64,000 bases of DNA from a virus, in IMG/VR virus record IMGVR_UViG_3300045999_009829. The stretch is one strand, 5' to 3'. The position numbers and the translations under genes were made by a program. This document shows positions 8,912 to 16,300 of this stretch, piece after piece; the first letter of the stretch is position 1, and each line of letters opens with the position of its first letter. The notes beneath the pieces were generated by a model. The model saw nothing but the letters and a program-made list of their open reading frames with translations. It made no database searches and had not been told where the DNA came from.

Positions 8912-9109
8912 CTAGTGAAAAGATTTTTGTATCCGCTCCGCTGAGGTCACATACACGTCGGCGGTTTTTCGGTCTAAGATATAAATAGGAGTTAGATCGG
9001 CTGCCTTGAACTCCTCTCCGTACACAAGAAGCTTAGCAAAGCTGTTGTCGGTACCGGACAGGTAATCTGCAGCGATCCTAATCCTCTCCTCGGAGACTAT
9101 CTCGAACAT
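8912..9109 (-). CDS. Hypothetical protein
   Basis: 65-aa ORF. Confidence 0.55.
   Translation of the reverse strand: MFEIVSEERIRIAADYLSGTDNSFAKLLVYGEEFKAADLTPIYILDRKTADVYVTSAERIQKSFH
8980..8987 (+). promoter_or_regulatory. Late promoter for the spanin pair
   Basis: TATAAATA on + strand, 120 nt upstream of the Rz-like gene. Confidence 0.6.
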
Positions 9110-9476
9110 GATTCTTTCCCTACTCGGCTTAAATCGCCTCTGGCTCTACGCGGCACTTGCAGTGATGGCCATAGGCGCCATCACCACCACGTACTATGTA
9201 TGGAAGTCGTCCATCGAGCGAGCAGCTCTCATGGAGTTCAACCGTGCTCAGCTAGAGCAGAACAGGAAGGACCAAGAGGAGTTCCTCCGAAGGCAAGAAG
9301 CACTAGAGGAGCAGCAGAGAGAAGCCACTAGAGCTCTGCTAGAGCAGAACAGAGACGTGCAGAACCGGATTGAAAGCATCCAGGGGAACCTGAACTCTCC
9401 CGCGGCCGCGGCCGCGGACAGGCCCGCCTCTGACATATTGAAGCGCACAGTCGAGCAGTTGAGGGCAATCAGATGA
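9108..9476 (+). CDS. Inner-membrane spanin (Rz-like)
   Basis: N-terminal TM helix followed by coiled coil; coupled to a lipoprotein gene. Confidence 0.75.
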   Translation: MILSLLGLNRLWLYAALAVMAIGAITTTYYVWKSSIERAALMEFNRAQLEQNRKDQEEFLRRQEALEEQQREATRALLEQNRDVQNRIESIQGNLNSPAAAAADRPASDILKRTVEQLRAIR

Positions 9477-9844
9477 GAACCGTAGTCACCCTAGGAGCAG
9501 TACTTCTGCTGACCGCTTGCGCTTCACCAGAGCCGGTGGTGGTCACCTCGACAAAGTACAGAGTCGTGATGCCAGAGGACAGCATGTTCACTTGTGAGAC
9601 TGTAAGCAGGTTCCCGGAGCCAAGAACTCTGACTGACCTGCAAGTCGCTAGGCTGCTCGCCGAACTGCATCAGAACAACGTCAGGTGCAGGAACAGCATG
9701 CAGGCCATCCGTCAGTTTCTTGACGACGCCAAGATCAGAGTCGAAGAGGGAAGAGAGCCTCCCGCTAGACCGGAGACTCCCGCCCCTGCACCAGCTGCAC
9801 CGACAAGCGAGCAGCCAAGACAGAGACGAGTCCCGATCCGGTAA
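9473..9844 (+). CDS. Outer-membrane spanin lipoprotein (Rz1-like)
   Basis: Lipobox LLTA-C, Pro-rich, additional Cys residues. Confidence 0.75.
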   Translation: MRTVVTLGAVLLLTACASPEPVVVTSTKYRVVMPEDSMFTCETVSRFPEPRTLTDLQVARLLAELHQNNVRCRNSMQAIRQFLDDAKIRVEEGREPPARPETPAPAPAAPTSEQPRQRRVPIR

Positions 9845-10075
9845 TCACCACCTGCGCCAGTGATGGTGGTGGTGGCGGTAGACGTGGTGCTCTCGGTATA
9901 CCACCACCGGTGTCCTAGTGCTGAAGTAGTAGACCTCAGGTCGAATCTCGGTGTGCGAGTAAACAGCGACCGGAGGCGGCGGATGGTAGATGGTCACCAC
10001 CCTCGCCGGCTGGATGACCGTCGTGCAGCCCGTGGCGAGTAGGGCAAGCAGGCACACCGAGATTCGTTTGAGCAT
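9845..10075 (-). CDS. Small lipoprotein with Pro-rich middle and His-rich C-terminus
   Basis: Lipobox LATG-C; HHVYRHHHHHW. Confidence 0.6.
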   Translation of the reverse strand: MLKRISVCLLALLATGCTTVIQPARVVTIYHPPPPVAVYSHTEIRPEVYYFSTRTPVVVYREHHVYRHHHHHWRRW

Positions 10076-10251
10076 CAGTCCTCGTCCTTGATCAGGGGCT
10101 TGCCCACCACGTGAGTCGTGTTGGCGATGTACTTGGAGAACTGCACCGCCTCACCGATGGTGTTGAACGTCTTGGTGCGCTCGACAACAGACGGGCGCGA
10201 GTAGGACGGAAAGCCCTTGACCACCTCGGAGTAGACTACCTTCAGCATCAT
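10075..10251 (-). CDS. Hypothetical early protein
   Basis: ORF downstream of a promoter cassette, with GGAG SD. Confidence 0.6.
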   Translation of the reverse strand: MMLKVVYSEVVKGFPSYSRPSVVERTKTFNTIGEAVQFSKYIANTTHVVGKPLIKDED

Positions 10252-10312
10252 CGTGTCTCCATTGCCTGTTGTTGTGACCATACCACATCTATATATCAAA
10301 GTCAACCGATCT

Positions 10313-10696
10313 TTAAAGTCGGCGACTCCGAGAACCGAGACAGTTGCCGTCAGACGGGACTGCCACGCCGTAGCCGCCCTTGTTGTAGAGCTGAGTCACG
10401 CCGGCGACCTTGGCCATGACCTGTGTCTGCACGTGGGCCGACTCCTTGTAGAGGTTGGCCATGATGCCCTTGGCTCTACCGCCGTCCACGATCGTATTAC
10501 TGAGTTGAGGCTCTTCGGTCTTGTAAGACGGAATCTTGTTCTTGTGCAGCTTGGCCTTGGTCAACTGCTCGGGATGGACGCCGTTGCGGCGAAGCCACGC
10601 CTCGTGCTCTGCCTTGGCCTGGACCTGCTTGGCGGTCGGCTTGGGCTTGCACTTGCCGTTCGAGTTGTACATCGGACCAAGGAGGTGCATCGTCAT
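10313..10696 (-). CDS. Basic hypothetical protein
   Basis: 127-aa ORF, phage-typical codons, YNKGGY near the C-terminus. Confidence 0.7.
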   Translation of the reverse strand: MTMHLLGPMYNSNGKCKPKPTAKQVQAKAEHEAWLRRNGVHPEQLTKAKLHKNKIPSYKTEEPQLSNTIVDGGRAKGIMANLYKESAHVQTQVMAKVAGVTQLYNKGGYGVAVPSDGNCLGSRSRRL

Positions 10697-10707
10697 AGGC
10701 TGATGCC

Positions 10708-10794
10708 TCAGAATACAAAGATGAGGAAGAAGGCAAACACGGCAAAGAGGGTGACGGCGCCGAGAGCCTCGAAGAGGATGTTGGTCATCTGCAT
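10708..10794 (-). CDS. 28-aa membrane peptide
   Basis: Not in ORF track: MQMTNILFEALGAVTLFAVFAFFLIFVF, directly behind a promoter-RBS cassette. Confidence 0.55.
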   Translation of the reverse strand: MQMTNILFEALGAVTLFAVFAFFLIFVF

Positions 10795-10846
10795 GTCTCC
10801 GTTGTTCATAGTCTCTTTATACCCTACCTGGCTTTTAAAGTCAACC
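10795..10846 (-). repeat. Early promoter-RBS cassette copy
   Basis: GGTTGACTTT-N-GGTATAAAGAGACTATGAACAACGGAGAC. Confidence 0.85.
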
Positions 10847-10870
10847 ACAGTTTTGTAACCGATTGTAACA

Positions 10871-11010
10871 GGACTACCAGCGATCTTGGTGGGCTAGGTG
10901 GGTTTCCCATCAGTCTGGATGGTTTAGATCGCTGGTAGCTGACTTTCTTGGCTAACCCATTGAGATCCTAACAAAACGCCCTATCCCACGGATAGGGCTA
11001 AGTTATTGAG
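10871..11010 (-). repeat. Duplicated IHF-site/hairpin element, copy A
   Basis: Two TCAAT-N3-TTAGC boxes 46 bp apart, then CAGCTACCAGCGATCTAA-N7-AGACTGATGGGAAACCCAC; inverted copy at 23277-23418. Confidence 0.8.
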
Positions 11011-11020
11011 ACCAAATGAT

Positions 11021-11119
11021 TTATCCGTATATTGTCAAGACTATAAACAGCAAAACCGAAAAGCAGAGGAGGATCACGTCTGCAGGACCCCATGGTGGGT
11101 CTCTCTCTGGGTCCTTCAT
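11021..11119 (-). CDS. 32-aa membrane peptide
   Basis: MKDPERDPPWGPADVILLCFSVLLFIVLTIYG (manual translation). Confidence 0.45.
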   Translation of the reverse strand: MKDPERDPPWGPADVILLCFSVLLFIVLTIYG

Positions 11120-11120
11120 T

Positions 11121-11330
11121 TCATATGATCCCTCTGGTTATGTTTCGGTACTCGTACGGACCGTCGTTTATACCGGGGCGACGAAGATGAGGTAGTACGT
11201 ACTGCCTCTCCCTGCGCTCTATGACTTCGAGCCAGACAGTCTCGACACAGACGTCTTCTTCTCGAACTTCGACTGGATGCCATGCAAACCAGCGGTGCCA
11301 CCCGTCTGGGTCTCTACGATTCCAGCGCAC
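11121..11330 (-). CDS. Hypothetical protein (WHRWFAWHPV motif)
   Basis: 69-aa ORF. Confidence 0.65.
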   Translation of the reverse strand: MRWNRRDPDGWHRWFAWHPVEVREEDVCVETVWLEVIERRERQYVLPHLRRPGINDGPYEYRNITRGII

Positions 11331-11338
11331 TGTTCACA

Positions 11339-11494
11339 TCATCGGTCATTGTGCATGTTGTCCTTCACAAAGTTAATAGCAACAGCAAAGTGCAGGATAG
11401 AGGCGGCCCACCATTGCATTTCGCGCTCTGTAATCAGATAGATGAAGCCGAGTACTGTAAAGCTCACGGCCATCACGATGTTAAAGATTTTCAT
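11339..11494 (-). CDS. Small two-TM membrane protein
   Basis: MKIFNIVMAVSFTVLGFIYLITEREMQWWAASILHFAVAINFVKDNMHNDR (manual translation). Confidence 0.5.
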   Translation of the reverse strand: MKIFNIVMAVSFTVLGFIYLITEREMQWWAASILHFAVAINFVKDNMHNDR

Positions 11495-11787
11495 TATCGC
11501 TTTACCGCCTCAAGATCATTCCTCAGTCGATCATTCTCTTCCACTTGTAAGACATAAGCATCATGATACTCGTGCCACAACCCATCCAGAAGTGTGATGT
11601 TTTCCCTCAGCTGATCACGTTCAGCTAGCAGCATATAAAGAGTCGAGGCAGTCTCTCCGTGCATCTCAGCCAATCCGTGCGTAGAGGTCATATCAGCGTC
11701 AGAATGCTTACGCAGCCTCACAGCCTCATTTTCGTGCCACTTAGCCAGTCGGATAACGTCACTGGTGAGAATGTCGGTCATGCTCAA
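11494..11787 (-). CDS. Hypothetical coiled-coil protein
   Basis: 97-aa ORF in operon. Confidence 0.6.
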   Translation of the reverse strand: MSMTDILTSDVIRLAKWHENEAVRLRKHSDADMTSTHGLAEMHGETASTLYMLLAERDQLRENITLLDGLWHEYHDAYVLQVEENDRLRNDLEAVKR

Positions 11788-11990
11788 TCCTCCAGCATCG
11801 AGATGGCGACCATCTGGTCGGGTTCAAAGATGAGAGACGTGCTCGGATATGAGCGCATCTCGTACGCGCACCTGAGGATGACTCGAGTGGCGGTTTGGTT
11901 GACCTCGATCACAAACTTGTCCTCATCCTCGAGGTAGTCGCCGGGGCACACGTCCTCGGCTCGGATTTCCTTGCGGTACCTCATGATCAC
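11784..11990 (-). CDS. Hypothetical protein
   Basis: 68-aa ORF with overlapping start/stop. Confidence 0.55.
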   Translation of the reverse strand: MIMRYRKEIRAEDVCPGDYLEDEDKFVIEVNQTATRVILRCAYEMRSYPSTSLIFEPDQMVAISMLED

Positions 11991-12196
11991 TCAACCTCCA
12001 GTCGTTCACCATCAAGGAGCCGCTCGCAAGCCGGAGCGTCGACTCCAACTTCGTGAATGAAGTAGTCGTACTGCGTGGTGCGGTTAGCGGCCTCGAAGGT
12101 CCGAGCCGCAACCAGAGCGATCTCGCGAGTCGAATAAACGCCCAGGACGGTACCGGGCTCGTAAGTGATCTCACCCATAAGAACGTAGACGGTCAT
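11987..12196 (-). CDS. Hypothetical protein (VYVL...VLGVYST family)
   Basis: 69-aa ORF behind a diverged promoter cassette. Confidence 0.65.
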   Translation of the reverse strand: MTVYVLMGEITYEPGTVLGVYSTREIALVAARTFEAANRTTQYDYFIHEVGVDAPACERLLDGERLEVE

Positions 12197-12261
12197 CTGT
12201 CTGTCTCCTGTTTATGGTTTAACTATAACCTAGATGGAAATTAAAGTCAACCCCTATTTGA

Positions 12262-12549
12262 TTAACCCTTGGTAATTTCCGCCAGGGCGGCCTTGCCGGT
12301 CTTGCCGAGCGCATTGTTTGCCGTCAGAATCTGCACCCCGAGATCGTAGCTGATATGACCCTCACGGATAGCAGCCACCACCTGGCGCTGGATCGCAAGC
12401 TTGCGCTCTGCAGCGTTTATGTTGGCCCGGTTTCGGGTGCCCGTGGAGTTCGGCCGCGGGCGGAGGGCATGCTGCAGGGAAGTGGGGAGCTTGGCGATGT
12501 CGGCCAGGGTTTTAATTTCCGTGATCACACCCGTGTCTCCGTTGTCCAT
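12262..12549 (-). CDS. Hypothetical early protein
   Basis: Starts in the cassette (ATG 12549 or GTG 12528). Confidence 0.6.
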   Translation of the reverse strand: MDNGDTGVITEIKTLADIAKLPTSLQHALRPRPNSTGTRNRANINAAERKLAIQRQVVAAIREGHISYDLGVQILTANNALGKTGKAALAEITKG

Positions 12550-12588
12550 AGTCTCTTTATACCCCATTCCGGGATTAAAGTCAACCCC
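12533..12588 (-). repeat. Early promoter-RBS cassette copy
   Basis: TTGACT-17-TATAAA GAGACTATGGACAACGGAGAC. Confidence 0.85.
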
Positions 12589-12614
12589 TATTTTTGTTAT
12601 TAAAACTCAATGGG

Positions 12615-12854
12615 TTAGTCCAGCTCGACTTCCTCGACCTGGGACTGGGACTCTGTCAGTTCCTGGTGCTGCTCCAGGAGCTCCATCATGGCCCGGCACA
12701 TCTCGTACATGTTGTTGAACGGGCGCTGCTCGTACTGGTTCAGCTGCAGCGGCTCTCCGTTCTCAAGCGCCTCTTCGATACCCGCGGCACACTGCTTCAT
12801 GGCAGCCATGGTGTTCTCGAACATGCAGTAGGACATGTTGGGGTAGTCGCGCAT
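12615..12854 (-). CDS. Hypothetical protein (NMSYCMFENT motif)
   Basis: SD AGGAG before ATG 12854. Confidence 0.7.
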   Translation of the reverse strand: MRDYPNMSYCMFENTMAAMKQCAAGIEEALENGEPLQLNQYEQRPFNNMYEMCRAMMELLEQHQELTESQSQVEEVELD

Positions 12855-12885
12855 TCTATCTCTCCTTCTGATGACGATTTGTGGA

Positions 12886-13128
12886 TTAACCGACGACCTT
12901 GAAGCCGTCGAGTGCATTGTATGTCACGTAGCCGTCATTCTGCAGGATCGTGAGAGGAGGATTGGACTTCAGCTTCTCCACCCAATCCTCGAGCGTGTAG
13001 TGCTTGCAGAGGATCTTGATGTACTCGCCTTTCTTGACGGCACCGCGATACTTAAAGCGGGCGATGAAGTTACCCTGATAGGTCAGGTAGCCACCGTGAT
13101 ATTCAAAGCCGGAACGTTCAAATTTCAT
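12886..13128 (-). CDS. Hypothetical early protein
   Basis: MKFERSGFEYHGGYLTYQG..., behind a cassette. Confidence 0.7.
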   Translation of the reverse strand: MKFERSGFEYHGGYLTYQGNFIARFKYRGAVKKGEYIKILCKHYTLEDWVEKLKSNPPLTILQNDGYVTYNALDGFKVVG

Positions 13129-13188
13129 CTGTCTGTCTCCGTTGTTCATAGTCTCTTTATACCACCACCCGCTATAAAAGTCAACCCC
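13129..13188 (-). repeat. Early promoter-RBS cassette copy with an inverted IHF-like pair upstream (13194-13222)
   Basis: Same cassette; AATCAATGGGTTA-CGGC-TAACCTATTGAT. Confidence 0.85.
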
Positions 13189-13260
13189 ATACAAATCAAT
13201 GGGTTACGGCTAACCTATTGATCTATATGGGGCTGTTTTTTTATAAAAAAGTAGGGTGTT

Positions 13261-13632
13261 TTAGATCAAGGGTTTAGCCTGACCCCTCTCCATGTAGTGG
13301 ACCACGCACCTCTGAGCCCTGTAGAACTGCTTGATGGTGTCCAGACAGTCCATGGGGTCGCAGTCGCCGCACATGAAGGCATCTATGAGAGCAGACCCAT
13401 GCTCTGGCCAGGTGTGGACCGAGATGTGAGACTCGGCAAGCACGATGACGCCGGTGTATCCGTGACCGTCTCCGAAGTGGTGCCAGCGCTCGGTGATGAC
13501 GGTGGCGCCCGCCTCGTTTGCGGCTCTCTTCAGAGCCTCGGCGGCGCCGTCCATGTCCCAGAAGGGCATGGAACCGACCTCACCCCACACGTCTACTACA
13601 AGGTGCCTTCCCAGAGGCCTAGTCTGATCCAT
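13261..13632 (-). CDS. speD: S-adenosylmethionine decarboxylase proenzyme (class 1b)
   Basis: GRHLVVD, GYTGVIVLAE-SHISVHTWPE autocleavage motif, DAFMCG. Confidence 0.92.
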   Translation of the reverse strand: MDQTRPLGRHLVVDVWGEVGSMPFWDMDGAAEALKRAANEAGATVITERWHHFGDGHGYTGVIVLAESHISVHTWPEHGSALIDAFMCGDCDPMDCLDTIKQFYRAQRCVVHYMERGQAKPLI

Positions 13633-13666
13633 CGCATGTGACCCTCAGCGTTGTTGCGGGTGGTAT

Positions 13667-14263
13667 TTAGACCTGCCAGTTGAGGTTCGAGTTAAAGAAG
13701 ACCATGCCGCTGAATCGAATGTAGCGCTGGGTCATGGTAGACGCCCTGCGGACCTCATCAGTAGTCACCATGTCAAGCAAGAAGCCGCGCTTACCGAACT
13801 GCTGGAACCAGTAGTTGGGATCCTGCTCGTTGACGTGGTGGTGTCCGCCCTGGCCGGGGAAAGCGTGGGTGACCACGATGCGCTTGCACTTGCCGAACGT
13901 GTCCATGTAGTTGTCCATGTACTGCTCGGACACGTGCTCAAGAAACTCACAGGACCAGCCTAGGTCCCAGTAATCCCCAAATGGAGATCCAACTGGGGCG
14001 GGACCCTTGGTGTAGTCGTGGAGGACGTAGCGGTCTGGGTCCGGTCGCTCTAGGGTAAAGTCGCCGTCCACACCCAGTGACACAAGTCCCTTGCTGTGGG
14101 CAAGCTCTACCATCCCCCCGGGCCCGCACCCGACGTCGAGGTATGACTTCACGCCGAACTTGTTGATGAAGTGATCTAGAGCGCCCTCGTCGATGTGAGT
14201 CTCGTTCTGGTGCCCGCCAAGGTGAGAGGGAAGTCCATTGGCGTCGGTGATGACTAGCTTCAT
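13667..14263 (-). CDS. Class I SAM-dependent methyltransferase
   Basis: YLDVGCGPG, SCEFLEHV, PGQGGHHHVNEQ; start trimmed to exclude the tRNAs. Confidence 0.85.
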   Translation of the reverse strand: MKLVITDANGLPSHLGGHQNETHIDEGALDHFINKFGVKSYLDVGCGPGGMVELAHSKGLVSLGVDGDFTLERPDPDRYVLHDYTKGPAPVGSPFGDYWDLGWSCEFLEHVSEQYMDNYMDTFGKCKRIVVTHAFPGQGGHHHVNEQDPNYWFQQFGKRGFLLDMVTTDEVRRASTMTQRYIRFSGMVFFNSNLNWQV

Positions 14264-14289
14264 TCTGTATCCATCCATGAGATCAAAAA

Positions 14290-14374
14290 TGGTGGGAGGT
14301 GCTGGGTTCGAACCAGCCGTGACCGAAGTCGCCGGATTTACAGTCCGGTGCCCGTCCACTCGAGCATACCTCCC
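14290..14374 (-). tRNA. tRNA-Tyr(GTA)
   Basis: Cloverleaf, loop CT-GTA-AA, long variable arm, CCA. Confidence 0.95.
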
Positions 14375-14378
14375 AAAG

Positions 14379-14452
14379 TACCCGCTGTCGGATTCGAACC
14401 GACGCTGAAAGGCTTTTAAGGCCCATACCTCTGCCTGTTGGGTTAAGCGGGC
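14379..14452 (-). tRNA. tRNA-Leu(TAA) with short variable loop
   Basis: GCCCGCT/AGCGGGT acceptor, CT-TAA-AA, GTCGG-TTCGAAT-CCGAC; no encoded CCA. Confidence 0.85.
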
Positions 14453-14466
14453 AGACACACTATATA

Positions 14467-14541
14467 TGGTAGTTCCTGTCAGATTCGAACTGACGACCTA
14501 CTGATTAAGAGTCAGCTGCTCTACCGCTGAGCTAAGGAACT
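14467..14541 (-). tRNA. tRNA-Lys(CTT)
   Basis: Canonical cloverleaf, CCA. Confidence 0.95.
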
Positions 14542-14547
14542 GTAGGG

Positions 14548-14624
14548 TGGTGTTCCCGGCGAGACTCGAACTCACGACCCCCAGATTAGGAATCTGGTGC
14601 TCTATCCAGCTGAGCTACGGGAAC
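14548..14624 (-). tRNA. tRNA-Arg(CCT)
   Basis: Canonical cloverleaf, TT-CCT-AA, CCA. Confidence 0.95.
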
Positions 14625-14627
14625 AAG

Positions 14628-14921
14628 TCACTTGAAGAACTCATCTGCATTGAAGGCCTTGTCGTCGATCCACACGTCGTACGAGGGCTTACCCAACTTC
14701 AGGCTCGTGTACTTGCAACCCCAGTCGGCAAGCTGATTGTGAGTCAACTCAGTCCAGTCCTTGCCAGATCCAGAGCCGCGGGCCGTCCAGTAGTGGATCT
14801 CATGGCCTTGGTCATAGAGTCGATTGAACAAGTAGATCCGATCCATCAAGGGTTGTGCGTGGGGATAGTCGCCCTCGGTGTTGGTGCAGATCGTGCCGTC
14901 AATGTCAACCAGATACTTCAT
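14628..14921 (-). CDS. Minimal HAD-superfamily phosphatase
   Basis: VDIDGT, WTARG, GKP...WIDDKA. Confidence 0.85.
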   Translation of the reverse strand: MKYLVDIDGTICTNTEGDYPHAQPLMDRIYLFNRLYDQGHEIHYWTARGSGSGKDWTELTHNQLADWGCKYTSLKLGKPSYDVWIDDKAFNADEFFK

Positions 14922-15102
14922 CTGTAAACTTCTCGTAAGTGATTGTTGTCTTCTTGACCATGCGACCAGATCCACCGCAGGGCTTGCAAGGGATCTTGAA
15001 CGTGTCGTACTCTCGCTTGTGGTAGTCGGTCATCTCACTGCCCCAGATGTAGCCCTTGCCCTCACAAGAGGCGCAGAGGATGACTTCAACGGTGGTCTTC
15101 AT
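14905..15102 (-). CDS. Small DnaJ-type CxxCxGxG zinc-finger protein
   Basis: CASCEGKG...CKPCGGSG. Confidence 0.75.
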   Translation of the reverse strand: MKTTVEVILCASCEGKGYIWGSEMTDYHKREYDTFKIPCKPCGGSGRMVKKTTITYEKFTDEVSG

Positions 15103-15121
15103 AGCGATTATCCTCTGGAGT

Positions 15122-15196
15122 TGGTCTGAGAGACAGGATTTGAACCTACAACCCCTGCGTCCCAAACGCAGTGCTCTACCGTTGAGCTACTCTCAG
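15122..15196 (-). tRNA. tRNA-Pro(TGG)
   Basis: Cloverleaf, TT-TGG-GA, CCA. Confidence 0.95.
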
Positions 15197-15358
15197 TTAG
15201 ATCTTAGTCTTTGCATCTAGCTCTTTGATTCGACGCTTGAAGTACTCTATCACACTTACCGTATCTTCGTCAACACTTTCCACAGGGATGAGGTTTAAGG
15301 TGTTGATCAGTTCATCTTCAAAGACAGACTTCTTGAGAACGTCGATGGAATAGCTCAA
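15197..15358 (-). CDS. Small hypothetical protein
   Basis: TTG start with GGAG SD: MSYSIDVLKKSVFEDELINTL...YFKRRIKELDAKTKI. Confidence 0.5.
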   Translation of the reverse strand: MSYSIDVLKKSVFEDELINTLNLIPVESVDEDTVSVIEYFKRRIKELDAKTKI

Positions 15359-15376
15359 TGCAATCTCTCCAAAAGG

Positions 15377-15467
15377 TGGCGGAAGGGGTGAGATTCGAAC
15401 TCACGGTAGGGTATCAGCCTACGTCGGTTTTCAAGACCGGTGCCTTAAACCACTCGGCCACCCTTCC
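15377..15467 (-). tRNA. tRNA-Ser(TGA)
   Basis: Cloverleaf with long variable arm, CT-TGA-AA, GCCA end. Confidence 0.95.
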
Positions 15468-15478
15468 GCAAGCCCTAC

Positions 15479-15967
15479 TTAGAAGCGATAGTTCAGACCG
15501 AGGGTTACACGGTCCGCAGTCACGTCTCCACTAAAAGCCTCTACACGACGATAGCGAGCGTCGACCTGCCAGTTGGCGCTCAGGTTGTAAGCCACGCCTA
15601 CGCCGGCATTCCACAGCGCCTGAGGATCATTGGCAGCATCGGCAAGTGCATTGAAGCCGTAGCCAGCGCCCACCAGGACATACGGAACCACGGGACCCAG
15701 AGGATACCCAGCAGTCACGTTTGCAAAGACCGCCTGACCGCCACGCTGAGTCTCCGTCTGAGCGGTGAAGTCACCGAGTGCCTCTACAGCAAGGAAGCGG
15801 TTGACGCGATACCCTACGGTTGCAGTTCCGCCCCACTGGGCATCTTCAACCGAGCGGCCCTGAGTCGCTGCGGCGGCGCCGACATAGACGCCAGACTGAG
15901 CCGCGGCTTCAGTAGCAAAGGCGCCGACGGCAAGAGCAGCGACGAGAGCAATACCAGTCTTGTTCAT
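15479..15967 (-). CDS. Outer-membrane beta-barrel protein (8-stranded OmpA/Omp25-like)
   Basis: Signal peptide, amphipathic strands, PYVLVGAG, AGVGVAY, C-terminal Bam signal LNYRF. Confidence 0.85.
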   Translation of the reverse strand: MNKTGIALVAALAVGAFATEAAAQSGVYVGAAAATQGRSVEDAQWGGTATVGYRVNRFLAVEALGDFTAQTETQRGGQAVFANVTAGYPLGPVVPYVLVGAGYGFNALADAANDPQALWNAGVGVAYNLSANWQVDARYRRVEAFSGDVTADRVTLGLNYRF

Positions 15968-15993
15968 GTAGTTTCTCCATATCGAGTTGTGAG

Positions 15994-16281
15994 GTCGGTT
16001 GATTCTGTTTCTAGGCTCAACCGTAAGCCCAAGAGATTACGCCGCTAAGCGAGTCTCAACAAAGCCGTTATCGTTGGCGTTTGTGTTGGTTTGTTGCGTT
16101 GGGTAGCTTCCGCACCATTGCCTACTTCGACCCTTACTGTCATCAGTCGATCCTGTTTCCGCCCCAAAGGAAAACTGTGACGTATCATCACTGACAGAGG
16201 TCACAGCCGTGTTATTGGTGGAGCGGCGGAGTGCTGCCCTCCGGTCCTGTCTGACCTATTTGGTCGCTATCATCAGCAACA
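15994..16281 (-). ncRNA. ssrA: Two-piece circularly permuted tmRNA
   Basis: T-arm plus CCGCTCC-ACCA end at 16216, 50-nt intervening segment, then GGGGCGG 5' end at 16165 (G3.U70); tag frame ANDNGFVETRLAA* at 16037-16078. Confidence 0.92.
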
Positions 16282-16284
16282 AGG

Positions 16285-16292
16285 TATTTATA
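16285..16292 (-). promoter_or_regulatory. Late promoter upstream of the tmRNA
   Basis: TATAAATA. Confidence 0.7.
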
Positions 16293-16300
16293 CACCAGTC

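Noticed and set aside
14264-14458. N-terminal extension of the methyltransferase ORF (similar cases: 14547-14927, 15103-15165, 19376-19567)
   Set aside because: These frames run through tRNA genes; SD-led starts lie downstream, or the ORFs are spurious.
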